Program-made: the position numbers and the translations under genes | Shown here: positions 39,110 through 48,840 of the stretch, one piece after another | Layout: every line of letters starts with the position of its first letter | How positions within the stretch are numbered: the stretch's first letter is position 1 | The notes under the pieces: generated by a model | The model's input: the letters and a program-made list of their open reading frames with translations, nothing else | Database searches by the model: none | Told to the model about the DNA's origin: nothing | NCBI GenBank assembly: GCA_019752335.1 | Contig: JAIEMJ010000030.1 | Span: 86,597 to 150,596, forward strand | DNA: 64,000 nt | Direction: 5' to 3' | From: Bryobacteraceae bacterium | Lineage (GTDB): Bacteria; Acidobacteriota; Terriglobia; Bryobacterales; Bryobacteraceae

Positions 39110-39853
39110 ATGGTTCTTGATTCCCTGATCGACATTTCCCCCGCCTCATCCGCCCCTATAACGGCGAGGGTGGGTGTATACGCCTGTGAATCCCAGCCGG
39201 TGGTGCTGGAAGGGCTAACGCGGATCTTCGCGGCGACGCCGGATTTGACGCTGGCCGGCTCCTCGCCGGACTCCCGCGTGGCGCTCGGGGCGCTCGAAAA
39301 TGGGGGCGCGCGCGTGGCACTGCTGGACGCGACGGGCGGCCTGCGCGCCGCCTTTGCGACTTTGGGCGAACTGCGCGAACGCGCGCCGCAAGTGGCGCCG
39401 GTCTTATGGGCCCAGGAACTGGCCGAGATCGAGTCCTTTCGGGCCCTGCAACTGGGAGCGCGTGGCATTTTGCGGCGGACATTGCCGGTAGAGTCTCTGC
39501 TGGACTGTCTGCGCGCCGTGGCGCAAGGATCGGTGTGGATTGAGAATGCCATTTCCAACCACGTTGCGGGGTTTCTCGAAAGGCGCTCGCTGGTGCGTCT
39601 GACGCCGCGTGAGCGCGAAATCATTGAGCAAATCATGTGTGGCGCGAAGAACAAGGACGTCGCCACGGCCTTGGGCATCACGGCCGGTACGGTGAAGGTG
39701 CATCTGATGCACATCTTCGAAAAAACGGGGGTGAAGGATCGGCTGGAATTGGCGATGCAGGGTCCACGGCTGCTGGGCTTGAGCTCGGCGGAACTGGTAA
39801 CGGGACCCGTACCGCCGCCGTTCGCGGCCGGGGAATACCGGGTGAGCGCGTGA
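39110..39853 (+). CDS. LuxR-family transcriptional regulator with atypical receiver-like N-domain
   Basis: C-terminal GerE/LuxR HTH (LTPREREIIEQIMCGAKNKDVATALGITAGTVKVHLMHIFEKTGV). Confidence 0.75.
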   Translation: MVLDSLIDISPASSAPITARVGVYACESQPVVLEGLTRIFAATPDLTLAGSSPDSRVALGALENGGARVALLDATGGLRAAFATLGELRERAPQVAPVLWAQELAEIESFRALQLGARGILRRTLPVESLLDCLRAVAQGSVWIENAISNHVAGFLERRSLVRLTPREREIIEQIMCGAKNKDVATALGITAGTVKVHLMHIFEKTGVKDRLELAMQGPRLLGLSSAELVTGPVPPPFAAGEYRVSA

Positions 39854-41469
39854 CGCAGACCTTTCCCGCCGCGAGCCTGGCGCTGCCATCTCGGGCCGCC
39901 CGCTGGCTGACGCCGACCCTCACCGACATCTTCTTTGTGGCGCTCTTGCTGTGGATCTTCGCCAGCGGCCCCATGGGTTGGACGGCGCTGCTGGCCGATG
40001 GCGACACCGGTTGGCACATTCGCACGGGCGAGTTCATTCTGGACCACGGCTACGTGCCGGACCATGACCTGTTTTCGTACTCCAAGCCCGGCCAGACCTG
40101 GTACGCGTGGGAATGGGGCGCGGACGTGATCTTCGCCCTGTTGCACCGCGCCTGGGGGTTGAAGGCGATTGTATTGCTGGCCGGAATCCTGATCATCGGT
40201 TCGATCTCGGTGCTGCAATCGCACATGATCTGGCGCGGCGCGAATTTCTTTGTCGCGCTGCCCTTGGCCCTCATCGCCGTAGGTGTCTCTTCGTTACATT
40301 ACCTGGCGCGTCCCCATGCCTTCACTCTGTTCCTCTTGCCCGTATGCTTGTGGATTCTGGACCGGGACCGCCAAGCGCCCTGGAAGCCCGTTTGGCTGCT
40401 GATCCCGTTGGCCGCGCTGTGGACAAATCTGCACGGCGGCTACATGGCGCTCATCGCCTGTTTGGGGTTGCTGGTGTTGGCCACCGCGCTTGAGTGCGTG
40501 CCGGATTGGCTCGCGCGGAGAACACCGGCTGCTTGGCCTGCGCTCCGGCGGTACGCGCTATTGACGGCCGGCTGCGTCGCGGCGACTTTCGTCAATCCCT
40601 TCGGCTACCGGTTGCACCTGCACATCGCGAACTACTTGCAGTCGGAGTTCATTCACGAAGTAGTGCAGGAGTTCCAGTCGCCGAGTTTCCGGGGCGAGAA
40701 CATGCGGCAGTTGGAGTTCCTGCTGTTCCTCGGGGTCTTCACGGTGGGCGCGGCGTTGTTGCGGCCCGTGGGCACGCGAGTCCGGGATTTTGCCGGCATG
40801 TTGTGGGTGGTGTATTGGGCGCACCAGTCGCTGACGTCGGTGCGGCACGCGACGATTTTCGTCCTGGTAGCTTCGCCTTTTATCGCGACGGTGGGGAGCG
40901 ACTGGCTGAGGGTATGGGTGGCGCGGCAGCCACGCAAATCCGCGATGGCTATCCTGTCGAAGTTAGGCCAGGACTTGGCGCCTCGCTTCCGCACCATCAG
41001 CGTGTGGGCGTTGGTTTTTCTCGCCGTTTTGCCCTGGATCGACGGTGAGCGGATGAAGTGGCCCACGGACTTCCCCCAGGAAAAATTTCCGTTGTCGCTC
41101 ATGCACCAGCACCGGGAACTTCTCATCGCGCGGCGGGTGCTGACGACGGATCAATGGGGCGATTACTTGATTTACCAGTCCTATCCGAGGCAGCGGGTGT
41201 TTATCGATGGCCGCAGCGATTTCTATGGCGCCGACCTGGGACGTGAGTATATGCGGCTGATGAGTGGCGATCTCGAATGGGAATCCATCCTGCAGCGGCA
41301 TCGTTTTGACGTCGTGCTGGCGCCGCGCGCGTGGCCATTGGTCGCGCTGCTCAAGCAGCATCCGGACTGGGAGTTGCGGGGCGAGGACCGCCGGATCAAG
41401 GAGAACCAGTCGTTTCTCTTTGTGCGGAAAGCGCCCTACCAGGTAGCCGATGCGGGCCGGGGGGACTGA
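39850..41469 (+). CDS. Polytopic membrane protein, possible GT-C-type glycosyltransferase
   Basis: At least ten predicted TM helices. The GTG start overlaps the LuxR stop (gtga). The track ORF beginning at 39637 is an overlap artefact. Confidence 0.5.
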   Translation: MTQTFPAASLALPSRAARWLTPTLTDIFFVALLLWIFASGPMGWTALLADGDTGWHIRTGEFILDHGYVPDHDLFSYSKPGQTWYAWEWGADVIFALLHRAWGLKAIVLLAGILIIGSISVLQSHMIWRGANFFVALPLALIAVGVSSLHYLARPHAFTLFLLPVCLWILDRDRQAPWKPVWLLIPLAALWTNLHGGYMALIACLGLLVLATALECVPDWLARRTPAAWPALRRYALLTAGCVAATFVNPFGYRLHLHIANYLQSEFIHEVVQEFQSPSFRGENMRQLEFLLFLGVFTVGAALLRPVGTRVRDFAGMLWVVYWAHQSLTSVRHATIFVLVASPFIATVGSDWLRVWVARQPRKSAMAILSKLGQDLAPRFRTISVWALVFLAVLPWIDGERMKWPTDFPQEKFPLSLMHQHRELLIARRVLTTDQWGDYLIYQSYPRQRVFIDGRSDFYGADLGREYMRLMSGDLEWESILQRHRFDVVLAPRAWPLVALLKQHPDWELRGEDRRIKENQSFLFVRKAPYQVADAGRGD

Positions 41470-41556
41470 TTTTGGCCACGCTCCTAATGAAAGGTTTCCT
41501 TACTGCCGAAGGATTAGAGGAACGAGGCCCGGCTTGGCGCCGGCTCTGGAGATCAT

Positions 41557-42015
41557 ATGACAGCAAACCCTCAAGTCTTGCTTTGCCTGGGGCTGGGCGT
41601 CGCGGCAACGGCCGAGGACCTCTGGCGCCGTCAGATCTCGAATTGGATCCCAGCCGTGGCCTTGCTCGGGGGCATCGCTCTGCATTGGGCGGAACGCGGT
41701 TGGTGGGGCGGATTGCTGGCCCTGGGCGGCGCGGTGGGCGGCTTTGTGGTGTTTCTCGCCTTCTACCTCTTGGGCGGCATGGGTGGCGCCGACGTGAAGC
41801 TAATGGCTGGATTCGGGGCCATTCTGGGTCCGTCCTTGTTGCTGTGGGCCGCCTTCTGGACGGCGGCGGCCGGGGGCGTTTTTGGCCTGGGGGCTTTGGT
41901 TTTTTACCGGTTGCGGCGCTGGTGGCTGCGCCGTCCGGCCGTCGCGGCCGAGAATTCGATACCTTATGCGCCGGCCATCACGGTGGGCGCCTGGCTGGCT
42001 TTGTTGTCTCGATAG
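41557..42015 (+). CDS. cpaA: Prepilin peptidase, A24 family (Flp-pilus CpaA/TadV)
   Basis: Small polytopic protein with the conserved GGADVKL motif and a second catalytic Asp context. Confidence 0.8.
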   Translation: MTANPQVLLCLGLGVAATAEDLWRRQISNWIPAVALLGGIALHWAERGWWGGLLALGGAVGGFVVFLAFYLLGGMGGADVKLMAGFGAILGPSLLLWAAFWTAAAGGVFGLGALVFYRLRRWWLRRPAVAAENSIPYAPAITVGAWLALLSR

Positions 42016-42029
42016 TGTTGCTTATGCGG

Positions 42030-42071
42030 AAAAGCCCCGAAGTTGTGCGGGAAAGCCCCGAAGTTGTGCGG
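42030..42071. repeat. Perfect tandem direct repeat, 2 x 21 bp (gaaagccccgaagttgtgcgg), plus a truncated third unit
   Basis: Read directly from the sequence: ...ggaaaagccccgaagttgtgcggGAAAGCCCCGAAGTTGTGCGGgaaagggag... It ends at the cpaB RBS. Confidence 0.85.
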
Positions 42072-42087
42072 GAAAGGGAGTTACGTT

Positions 42088-43074
42088 ATGGATCGTAGAT
42101 TTATGACCGTTCTGGGAGTCAGCTTGCTGTTCGCCCTGGTGGTTTCCACTGTCTTTTACACGATCACCAACCGGGGGTCGGCCCCGGCCTCGAAGCAGGC
42201 GCAAGCCAGCGATACGAAAGACCTGGTGGTGACGACGAAGCCCCTGCCCGTCGGCACCACCATCAAACCTGGTGACGTGAAGACGATCCGTGTGCCCGTG
42301 GACCAGTTTCCGAAGGGTGCCTACGCGAAGGTGGAAGAGGTGCTGGACCGTCCGATCATCAGCAACATTCTCCAGGATGAGCCGGTGATGGAAGGCCGCC
42401 TGGCCGCCCGCAACAGCGGCGCGGGCCTGGCGCCGATCATTCCGGTAGGCATGCGCGCCGTAACCGTCCGGGTGACCGACGTGAGCGCCGTGGCCGGCTT
42501 CGTGATGCCCGGCATGCGTGTTGACGTCCTGGTTACGGGACGGCCGCCGACCGCCAGCGACACGATCACCACCACCGCCCTCCAGAACATGATGGTGCTC
42601 TCGGCGGGTACGACGATCCAGCCCGACGCCCGGGGCCAGGCGATGAACGCTCCGAACGTGACTTTGCTGGCGACCCCGGAACAGGCCGAGATCCTGACGC
42701 TCGCCGGCAATGAAGGCCGTATTCAGTTAGTGCTGCGCAACGGCAATGATCAGGATCAGAAGGCGACGAGCGGCAAGACGATCAGCCAACTCTACGGGTA
42801 CGCCCGGTTGCCCAACGGTGGTGGCCCCCCGCGCAATCCGGAAGCGCCAGAGGACCGGCCGAAGCGTGTCTGGCGTCCGGCGCCGGTGGTGGTGGCGGCG
42901 CCCACGCCGCGCGCTCCCGCCCCTCCGCCTCCGCCTGAGCAAATCGTCGTCATTCGTGGTAACACACGCACGGTGGAAACGATCAAGAGCGGCGGCGCCG
43001 CCGCTGACCCAAATAACACTTCGCCGTCCAGTCCCCCGCCGTCTACCGTGCCGAATCCCGGCCCGGGCCTCTAA
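42088..43074 (+). CDS. cpaB: Flp pilus assembly protein CpaB/RcpC
   Basis: N-terminal TM anchor (RRFMTVLGVSLLFALVVSTVFY) and a SAF/CpaB domain. ATG at 42088 with a GGGAG RBS. The track start at 42043 falls inside the tandem repeat. Confidence 0.8.
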   Translation: MDRRFMTVLGVSLLFALVVSTVFYTITNRGSAPASKQAQASDTKDLVVTTKPLPVGTTIKPGDVKTIRVPVDQFPKGAYAKVEEVLDRPIISNILQDEPVMEGRLAARNSGAGLAPIIPVGMRAVTVRVTDVSAVAGFVMPGMRVDVLVTGRPPTASDTITTTALQNMMVLSAGTTIQPDARGQAMNAPNVTLLATPEQAEILTLAGNEGRIQLVLRNGNDQDQKATSGKTISQLYGYARLPNGGGPPRNPEAPEDRPKRVWRPAPVVVAAPTPRAPAPPPPPEQIVVIRGNTRTVETIKSGGAAADPNNTSPSSPPPSTVPNPGPGL

Positions 43075-43131
43075 AAGGTCACTGCGGCTTCGTACAGAGA
43101 ACAAGAAAAAGATTCCAGAGAGGTTCATGTC

Positions 43132-45243
43132 ATGAGGGTTCGAGAACTGTTGGCATTCATTATGGTGCTACTGATGGCCATGCCGGTGACGGCGCAAGAT
43201 CCGGTGGTGCTGGCGGCCAACACCGCCGGCGGCATGCAGGTGGAAGATCTTCGCGTTACCGTGGGCAAAAGCCTCGTCATCGATTATCCGGCGGATATCA
43301 GCCGGATTTCAACGTCCAATCCGGACGTGGTCGATGCCGTGCCGGCCACCTCACGCGAGTTCCTGCTCCACGGCAAAGGCCATGGGGCGGCGACGGTGGT
43401 GGTTTGGGCCAAGACTGGCCTGCGCACCATGTACAACGTTACCGTCGAGCACAACCTCGACCCCATCAAGCGCCTGCTCAAGGACACCTTTCCGAACGAG
43501 AACATCGGCTTGGTCGCGGGCCGCGACTCTGTCACGCTGATTGGGACCGTGAGCCACAAAGATGTGATCGACCGCGCCGTCGCGATCGTGACCCCGCTGG
43601 CCAAGACCGTGGTGAGCAATCTCTCCCTGCCCGTGGCGCCGGTTTCGAAACAGATCGTGCTGAAGGTGCGCTTCGCCGAACTCGACCGCACCGCCGCGCA
43701 GCAGTTCGGCGTGAATCTCATATCGACCGGCGCGGGCAATACGCCTGGGACGATTTCGACCCAGCAATTCGGGTCTCCTCAGGTCAATCCGGAAAGCGGT
43801 CGCGTCAGCATTGGCGATGCACTCAATATCTTTGCCTTCCGCAAGGACCTCAATCTGGGGGCGCTGGTGAAGGCACTGCAGGCGCAAGGCGTCCTGCAGA
43901 TTTTGGCCGAGCCGAACCTGGTCACGACCAACGGCCGCGAAGCCAGTTTCCTGGTGGGTGGTGAATTCCCCGTGCCGGTGCTGCAGGGCGGCTCGAACGC
44001 GGGCGCGGTGACGATTCAATTCCGCGAGTTCGGTATCCGGTTGCTGTTTAACCCGCTGATCACGGAGAACGGCACGATCAAGCTTTATGTGAAGCCGGAA
44101 GTCTCGACGATTGACCTCGCCAACGCGGTGACTTTCAGCGGCTTTACCATTCCCGCCTTGGCGACGCGCCGGATGGAGACCAACATCGAACTGGGCTTCG
44201 GACAGAGTTTTGTCATCGCCGGCCTGATCGACGACCGCGTGACGGAGCAATTCAACAAACTGCCCGGCCTCGCGAATATCCCCATCTTGGGCACGCTCTT
44301 CCGGTCGCGCACGGAGAACCGTTCGAAGTCCGAGTTGGTCATCATTGTGACTCCCGAGGTGGCTACGCCGATCAACAGCAGCGATCCGAAGCCCGAACCG
44401 GCCTGGCTTCGCGACTTCATGCCGCAGAAGCGGCCGGGCGACAAGGTGGGCACGGACTTGGTTCCGGGTACGAATGGCGCTACCGTGCCGCCGCTGGTGC
44501 CGGGCCGGACGCAGATCGACCACGAGTCCATTGGCAATGGCGCCAAAACGCATCCGGTCCTCCAGTATCAGGGCATGCCCAAGTCGAAAGCCACGGGAAA
44601 ACCGATGTCGGAAAACAAGGCCCAGGACAGCGGGAAGACGGAAGCCGCTGAGGGTAAGCGCTCGGGCCTCAAACTTTTCGGCCGCGGCAAGGGGTCGAAG
44701 GCCGAACCCAAAGCGGAGAGCTTGAAGATCCGGCCTGTCGGCGACCGTCCGCTCGCTCCGCCGGTCGAATCCTCGCGCGGCGTTGCGCCAACGCCGGCCG
44801 CCGAGGCGAAGCCGGCCATAGTACCGTCGGCACCCGTCGAAGCGAAACCGGTCGAAGCGATACCAGAAGCCAGAACCGTGCCAGCTGTGCTTCCTGAAGC
44901 AGCGCCGGCCAATCCGGCGCCGGCCCAGCCAGGGCCAGCCGAACTGGCGCCGCAGGCCACAAATTCACCGGTGGAAACGAAACCGGCGGAGGCCAAGCCC
45001 AGCGAAGTTAAGCCTACCGAGGAAAAGCAGACCGAGGAGAAGCCTGGAGAAGTTAGGCCCACCGAAGTGAAGCCGACAGAAGCAAGGCCCGTGGAAGCCA
45101 AGCCGGACGCTGTCGCCTCCCTGCCCGTCCGCCGCGGCGGCGCTGCCGGGATCACCTCGCTTCCCCTGCAGGTGCTAGGCCAGAGTCCGGTAGCCAAGCC
45201 CGGTTCCGCCAGCGGAACCCCCTCCTCGGGAGAGCAGCAGTAG
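43132..45243 (+). CDS. cpaC: Flp pilus secretin CpaC/RcpA with a long low-complexity C-terminal extension
   Basis: Signal peptide, BON-like N-domain and a secretin domain (LQILAEPNLVTTNGREASFLVGGEFPVPV...). The C-terminal roughly 230 aa are Pro/Ala/Lys/Glu-rich repeats. Confidence 0.85.
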   Translation: MRVRELLAFIMVLLMAMPVTAQDPVVLAANTAGGMQVEDLRVTVGKSLVIDYPADISRISTSNPDVVDAVPATSREFLLHGKGHGAATVVVWAKTGLRTMYNVTVEHNLDPIKRLLKDTFPNENIGLVAGRDSVTLIGTVSHKDVIDRAVAIVTPLAKTVVSNLSLPVAPVSKQIVLKVRFAELDRTAAQQFGVNLISTGAGNTPGTISTQQFGSPQVNPESGRVSIGDALNIFAFRKDLNLGALVKALQAQGVLQILAEPNLVTTNGREASFLVGGEFPVPVLQGGSNAGAVTIQFREFGIRLLFNPLITENGTIKLYVKPEVSTIDLANAVTFSGFTIPALATRRMETNIELGFGQSFVIAGLIDDRVTEQFNKLPGLANIPILGTLFRSRTENRSKSELVIIVTPEVATPINSSDPKPEPAWLRDFMPQKRPGDKVGTDLVPGTNGATVPPLVPGRTQIDHESIGNGAKTHPVLQYQGMPKSKATGKPMSENKAQDSGKTEAAEGKRSGLKLFGRGKGSKAEPKAESLKIRPVGDRPLAPPVESSRGVAPTPAAEAKPAIVPSAPVEAKPVEAIPEARTVPAVLPEAAPANPAPAQPGPAELAPQATNSPVETKPAEAKPSEVKPTEEKQTEEKPGEVRPTEVKPTEARPVEAKPDAVASLPVRRGGAAGITSLPLQVLGQSPVAKPGSASGTPSSGEQQ

Positions 45244-45274
45244 AGATAGAAGACGGGATAGAGGAAGCCAACCC

Positions 45275-46459
45275 ATGCGGGATGCACCACTCACAGCTCT
45301 GATCATCAGCCCCCACCGGGAACTTGCGCAAGAGATTGCCTCGAGCCAGGGCCAGGCGCGCGCCTTTCAAATTCTGGGTGACCTCAAGAGCTATCCCACG
45401 CAGCAGACTCTCGAACTGCGGCTGCGCCAACTGAAGCCCGAGGTCGTGATCATCGACCTCGCCACGGACCTCGACCAGGCGACTCAACTGATCAGCCTGA
45501 TGGCCCGGCCCGAGATCCACATCATTGGCCTGCACGAAAGTAACGAACCGCATGCGTTGATTCAATCCTTGCGCGCCGGCGCCTGCGAGTTTCTTTACCG
45601 GCCGCTCGACGCCGCGCAACAACGCGAAGCCATGGGCCGCATCCGCCGCTTACGGGCACCGAACGAAACCGCCGAACCCGAGCTAGGACGCATCGCGGCC
45701 TTCTCGAGCGCCAAGCCAGGCTCGGGCGCTTCGACCCTCGCCACGCAGACCGCTTTCGCCCTGAAGAAGATCAGCGGCCGGCGCGTGCTCCTGATCGATT
45801 GCGACCTGATGGGCGGCACCATCGGCTTTTATCTCAAGCTGAATCATCCGTATTCACTGGTGGATGCGCTGAATCAGGCGCACGAACTCACCGCCGCCAG
45901 TTGGAGCAACCTGACGGTGAGCGCCGGTGGTCTCGATATTCTTCCCGCGCCCGAGGCGCCGTTTGCGGGGGCGCTCAACCTGGCCGCCTTGCACGACGTG
46001 TTGCAGTATGCGCGGATGCAGTACGACTGGGTGATTCTCGATCTGCCCGCCGTCTTCCAGAAGTTCAGCCTGCTGGCGGTGGCCGAAAGCGACTCCTCCT
46101 ATCTGGTGTCGACCTCCGAGTTGCCCAGCCTGCACCTGGCGCGCAAGGCCGTCGCGCTGCTCACGCAGTTGGGCCTCACCAAGGACCGCTATCAGGTGGT
46201 GATCAACCGCGTCAACAAACGCGACAACATCAACCGCTCCGATATGGAGAAGATTTTTAATTGCTCGGTGATGGCCACCTTCCCCAATGACTACTTCTCG
46301 CTCCATCGCGTGGTGACCTTGGGCCAGCCCCTGGGCGGCGATTCCGAGTTGGGCAAGTCGATTGAGAGCCTGGCGGGCAAGCTGGCTGGCCCCGCGGCGG
46401 CGGAGAAACGGCGTTCGGGCGGCTTGCTCGAACCCAAAACGGCCTATTCGCAGGCCTGA
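45275..46459 (+). CDS. cpaE: Flp pilus assembly protein CpaE/TadZ (receiver-like domain + ParA/MinD-type ATPase)
   Basis: N-terminal receiver-like domain, then a deviant Walker A in AFSSAKPGSGASTLA and a ParA/MinD-like fold. Confidence 0.8.
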   Translation: MRDAPLTALIISPHRELAQEIASSQGQARAFQILGDLKSYPTQQTLELRLRQLKPEVVIIDLATDLDQATQLISLMARPEIHIIGLHESNEPHALIQSLRAGACEFLYRPLDAAQQREAMGRIRRLRAPNETAEPELGRIAAFSSAKPGSGASTLATQTAFALKKISGRRVLLIDCDLMGGTIGFYLKLNHPYSLVDALNQAHELTAASWSNLTVSAGGLDILPAPEAPFAGALNLAALHDVLQYARMQYDWVILDLPAVFQKFSLLAVAESDSSYLVSTSELPSLHLARKAVALLTQLGLTKDRYQVVINRVNKRDNINRSDMEKIFNCSVMATFPNDYFSLHRVVTLGQPLGGDSELGKSIESLAGKLAGPAAAEKRRSGGLLEPKTAYSQA

Positions 46460-46494
46460 GTTGACGGACGAATTCAAGGAGACACGTAAGCGCG

Positions 46495-47856
46495 ATGGTA
46501 CCGATTGCTGAAGCAGGAAACAAGCAACAACTAAGCTGGGAGCAGCGGCTCCTCAAGAACGCGGGCAAGCCGAAGGCGATGCTCAAGCCGGAGTATCAGG
46601 AACTGAAGTTCACGCTCCACCGCAAGTTGCTCGACAAGATCAACCTGGAGGCGCTCGCCACCATCGACAACCAGCGGGTACGCAGCGAGGTGCGCCAGGC
46701 GCTGATCACCCTGATCGACTCCGAACCGACGCTGCTCTCGTCGCTCGAAAAGCAACAGATCTCCGAGGAAGTGCTGGACGAGGTCTTTGGCCTGGGCCCG
46801 CTCGAGACGCTGCTTTCTGACTCCACCATCTCCGACATCCTCGTCAACGGCCATAAGCAGGTCTACGTCGAACGCAAGGGTCAACTTGAGATCACCTCGG
46901 TCACCTTCCGCGACGACGCCCACCTCTTGCGCATCATCGATAAGATTGTGAGCCAGGTAGGCCGCCGGATCGACGAATCGACCCCCATGTGCGACGCCCG
47001 CCTGCTGGACGGCTCGCGCGTGAACGCGATCATCCCGCCGCTGGCGCTCGACGGGCCGCTGCTCTCGATTCGCCGCTTCTCGCAGGACAAACTGATGCCG
47101 GGCGACCTGGTCGAAAAGAAAGCGCTGACCAAGGGAATGATGGAGTTGCTGGAGGGCTGCGTCAAGGCGCACTTGAATATCATCATCATTGGTGGCACGG
47201 GCGCCGGTAAGACGACGCTGCTCAACGCCCTGTCCTTCTTTATCTCGCCCAAAGAACGCATCGTCACCATTGAGGACGCGGCCGAATTGCAGTTGAAACA
47301 GCCGCACGTGGCGCGCCTCGAAACGCGCCCGGCGAACCTCGAAGGCAACGGCGCGGTGCGCCAGCGCGAACTGCTGGTCAATAGCCTGCGTATGCGGCCG
47401 GACCGCATCGTGGTGGGCGAAGTCCGCGGCGAGGAAGCCCTCGACATGTTGCAGGCCATGAATACGGGCCACGACGGCAGCTTGACCACCATCCACGCCA
47501 ATAGCCCGCGCGACGGGGTTTCGCGCCTGGAAGTGATGGTGTCGATCGCGAACTCGAACATGCAGATCAACTCCGTGCGCCAGCAAATCGCCAGCGCCGT
47601 GCACGTGTTGGTGCAGGCGTCGCGCTTGAGCGATGGCTCGCGCCGGGTGATCAACATTACCGAGGTCACGGGCATGGAAGGCGACATGATCACGCTGCAG
47701 GACATCTTCGTCTTTGAGAAGCGCGGTCTGACGCCGGAAGGCAAAGTGATCGGCCGTTTCGCGGCCACCGGCATCCGCCCCAAGTTCTACGAGAAGCTCC
47801 TGTCGGCGGGCATCAAACTCAGCCCGAGCATGTTTGACGAGGTGGTGGAAGTATGA
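46495..47856 (+). CDS. cpaF: Flp pilus assembly ATPase CpaF/TadA (type II/IV secretion NTPase)
   Basis: Walker [18 protein letters not shown], Asp box, Walker B and His box of VirB11/TadA-family ATPases. Confidence 0.9.
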   Translation: MVPIAEAGNKQQLSWEQRLLKNAGKPKAMLKPEYQELKFTLHRKLLDKINLEALATIDNQRVRSEVRQALITLIDSEPTLLSSLEKQQISEEVLDEVFGLGPLETLLSDSTISDILVNGHKQVYVERKGQLEITSVTFRDDAHLLRIIDKIVSQVGRRIDESTPMCDARLLDGSRVNAIIPPLALDGPLLSIRRFSQDKLMPGDLVEKKALTKGMMELLEGCVKAHLNIIIIGGTGAGKTTLLNALSFFISPKERIVTIEDAAELQLKQPHVARLETRPANLEGNGAVRQRELLVNSLRMRPDRIVVGEVRGEEALDMLQAMNTGHDGSLTTIHANSPRDGVSRLEVMVSIANSNMQINSVRQQIASAVHVLVQASRLSDGSRRVINITEVTGMEGDMITLQDIFVFEKRGLTPEGKVIGRFAATGIRPKFYEKLLSAGIKLSPSMFDEVVEV

Positions 47857-48824
47857 GCTTTGTTCTCATCGCGCTGGTCATCTGGGGTGTTTCGGTCGGC
47901 GTCTGGTTTCTCGTCACGCAGGCCTTCAAGAACTCTGACCTCAAGCAGATTCGCAGCCGCTTGAGCGGCAAGGATCGCGCGGGTAAGCAGAAGTCGGCTA
48001 AGGCCGGCCCGGCCCTCTTTTCGGTGGAGGATCCCACCCAGGGGCGCTTTGCCAAGCAACTGCTGCAGCGCTACGACTGGACAGCGAAGCTGGACGAGAT
48101 GATCGAGCAGGCCGGCGTGAAGTGGAAGCCCGCCCGCCTGGTGCATACCGCGCTTGGCCTCGGATTGGTGGCGTTCTTCGTGGCCTGGAACTTCCTGGGC
48201 GCTTACCGGTCGGCGGCGCCGCTCTTGGCGCTGGTGGCGGCGTCCCTGCCATTTCTGCATTTACGCCGGAAACGCGCGGCGCGTTTGAAGCGCTTTGAGG
48301 AGCTCTTCCCGGACAGCCTCGAATTCGTGGCGCGTTCCATGCGCGCGGGCCATGCCTTCTCGGTGTCGCTCGAGATGATCCACCGCGAATTCCAGGAACC
48401 GTTGGCCAGCGAGTTCCGGCGCACGTTTGAGGAGCACAACCTTGGCCTGCCGCTCGATGTGGCGCTGCAGAAGCTAGGCAAGCGCATCCCCTCGCTCGAC
48501 GTCCACTTCTTTGTCTCGGCCGTGATGCTGCAAAAGCGCACGGGCGGCAACTTGGCCGAGATCCTGGACAAGCTGGCCGTGGTGATCCGCGAGCGCTTCA
48601 AGTTGCGCGGCAAGATCCGCGCCATTTCGGCGCATGGCAAGATGACCGGCACCGCGCTGACCTGCATTCCGCTGGGCGTGGCCGTCATGATGTTCATCAC
48701 CAATCCGGACTACATCAAGTTTTTCTTTATTGACGAAGTAGGCAACTACATGATGGGTGGCGCGGTGCTGCTGCAACTCATCGGGTACGGAGCCATTCGC
48801 AAGATCGTCGACATCGAGGTTTAA
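47853..48824 (+). CDS. tadB: Flp pilus assembly membrane protein TadB (T2SS-F family)
   Basis: GspF/TadB-type polytopic protein. The start overlaps the cpaF stop (ATGA). Confidence 0.8.
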   Translation: MSFVLIALVIWGVSVGVWFLVTQAFKNSDLKQIRSRLSGKDRAGKQKSAKAGPALFSVEDPTQGRFAKQLLQRYDWTAKLDEMIEQAGVKWKPARLVHTALGLGLVAFFVAWNFLGAYRSAAPLLALVAASLPFLHLRRKRAARLKRFEELFPDSLEFVARSMRAGHAFSVSLEMIHREFQEPLASEFRRTFEEHNLGLPLDVALQKLGKRIPSLDVHFFVSAVMLQKRTGGNLAEILDKLAVVIRERFKLRGKIRAISAHGKMTGTALTCIPLGVAVMMFITNPDYIKFFFIDEVGNYMMGGAVLLQLIGYGAIRKIVDIEV

Positions 48825-48840
48825 GAACTTTGCGCGCGAG

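Noticed and set aside
39637-39853. N-terminal 72 codons of the track ORF 39637..41469 overlapping the LuxR gene
   Set aside because: The overlap translation is Gly/Arg-rich with no hydrophobic start. The GTG at 39850 coupled to the LuxR stop gives a membrane protein beginning with a TM helix.
41470-41560. Short ORF beginning MKGFLTAEGLEE... as a possible Flp pilin upstream of cpaA
   Set aside because: It lacks the obligatory hydrophobic helix and G/XXXXEY processing motif. The sequence continues as Arg/Trp-rich low complexity.
42043-42087. Upstream extension of cpaB (MCGKAPKLCGKGSYV)
   Set aside because: Produced by reading through the 21-bp tandem DNA repeat (KAPKLCG twice). The true start is ATG 42088 with a GGGAG RBS.
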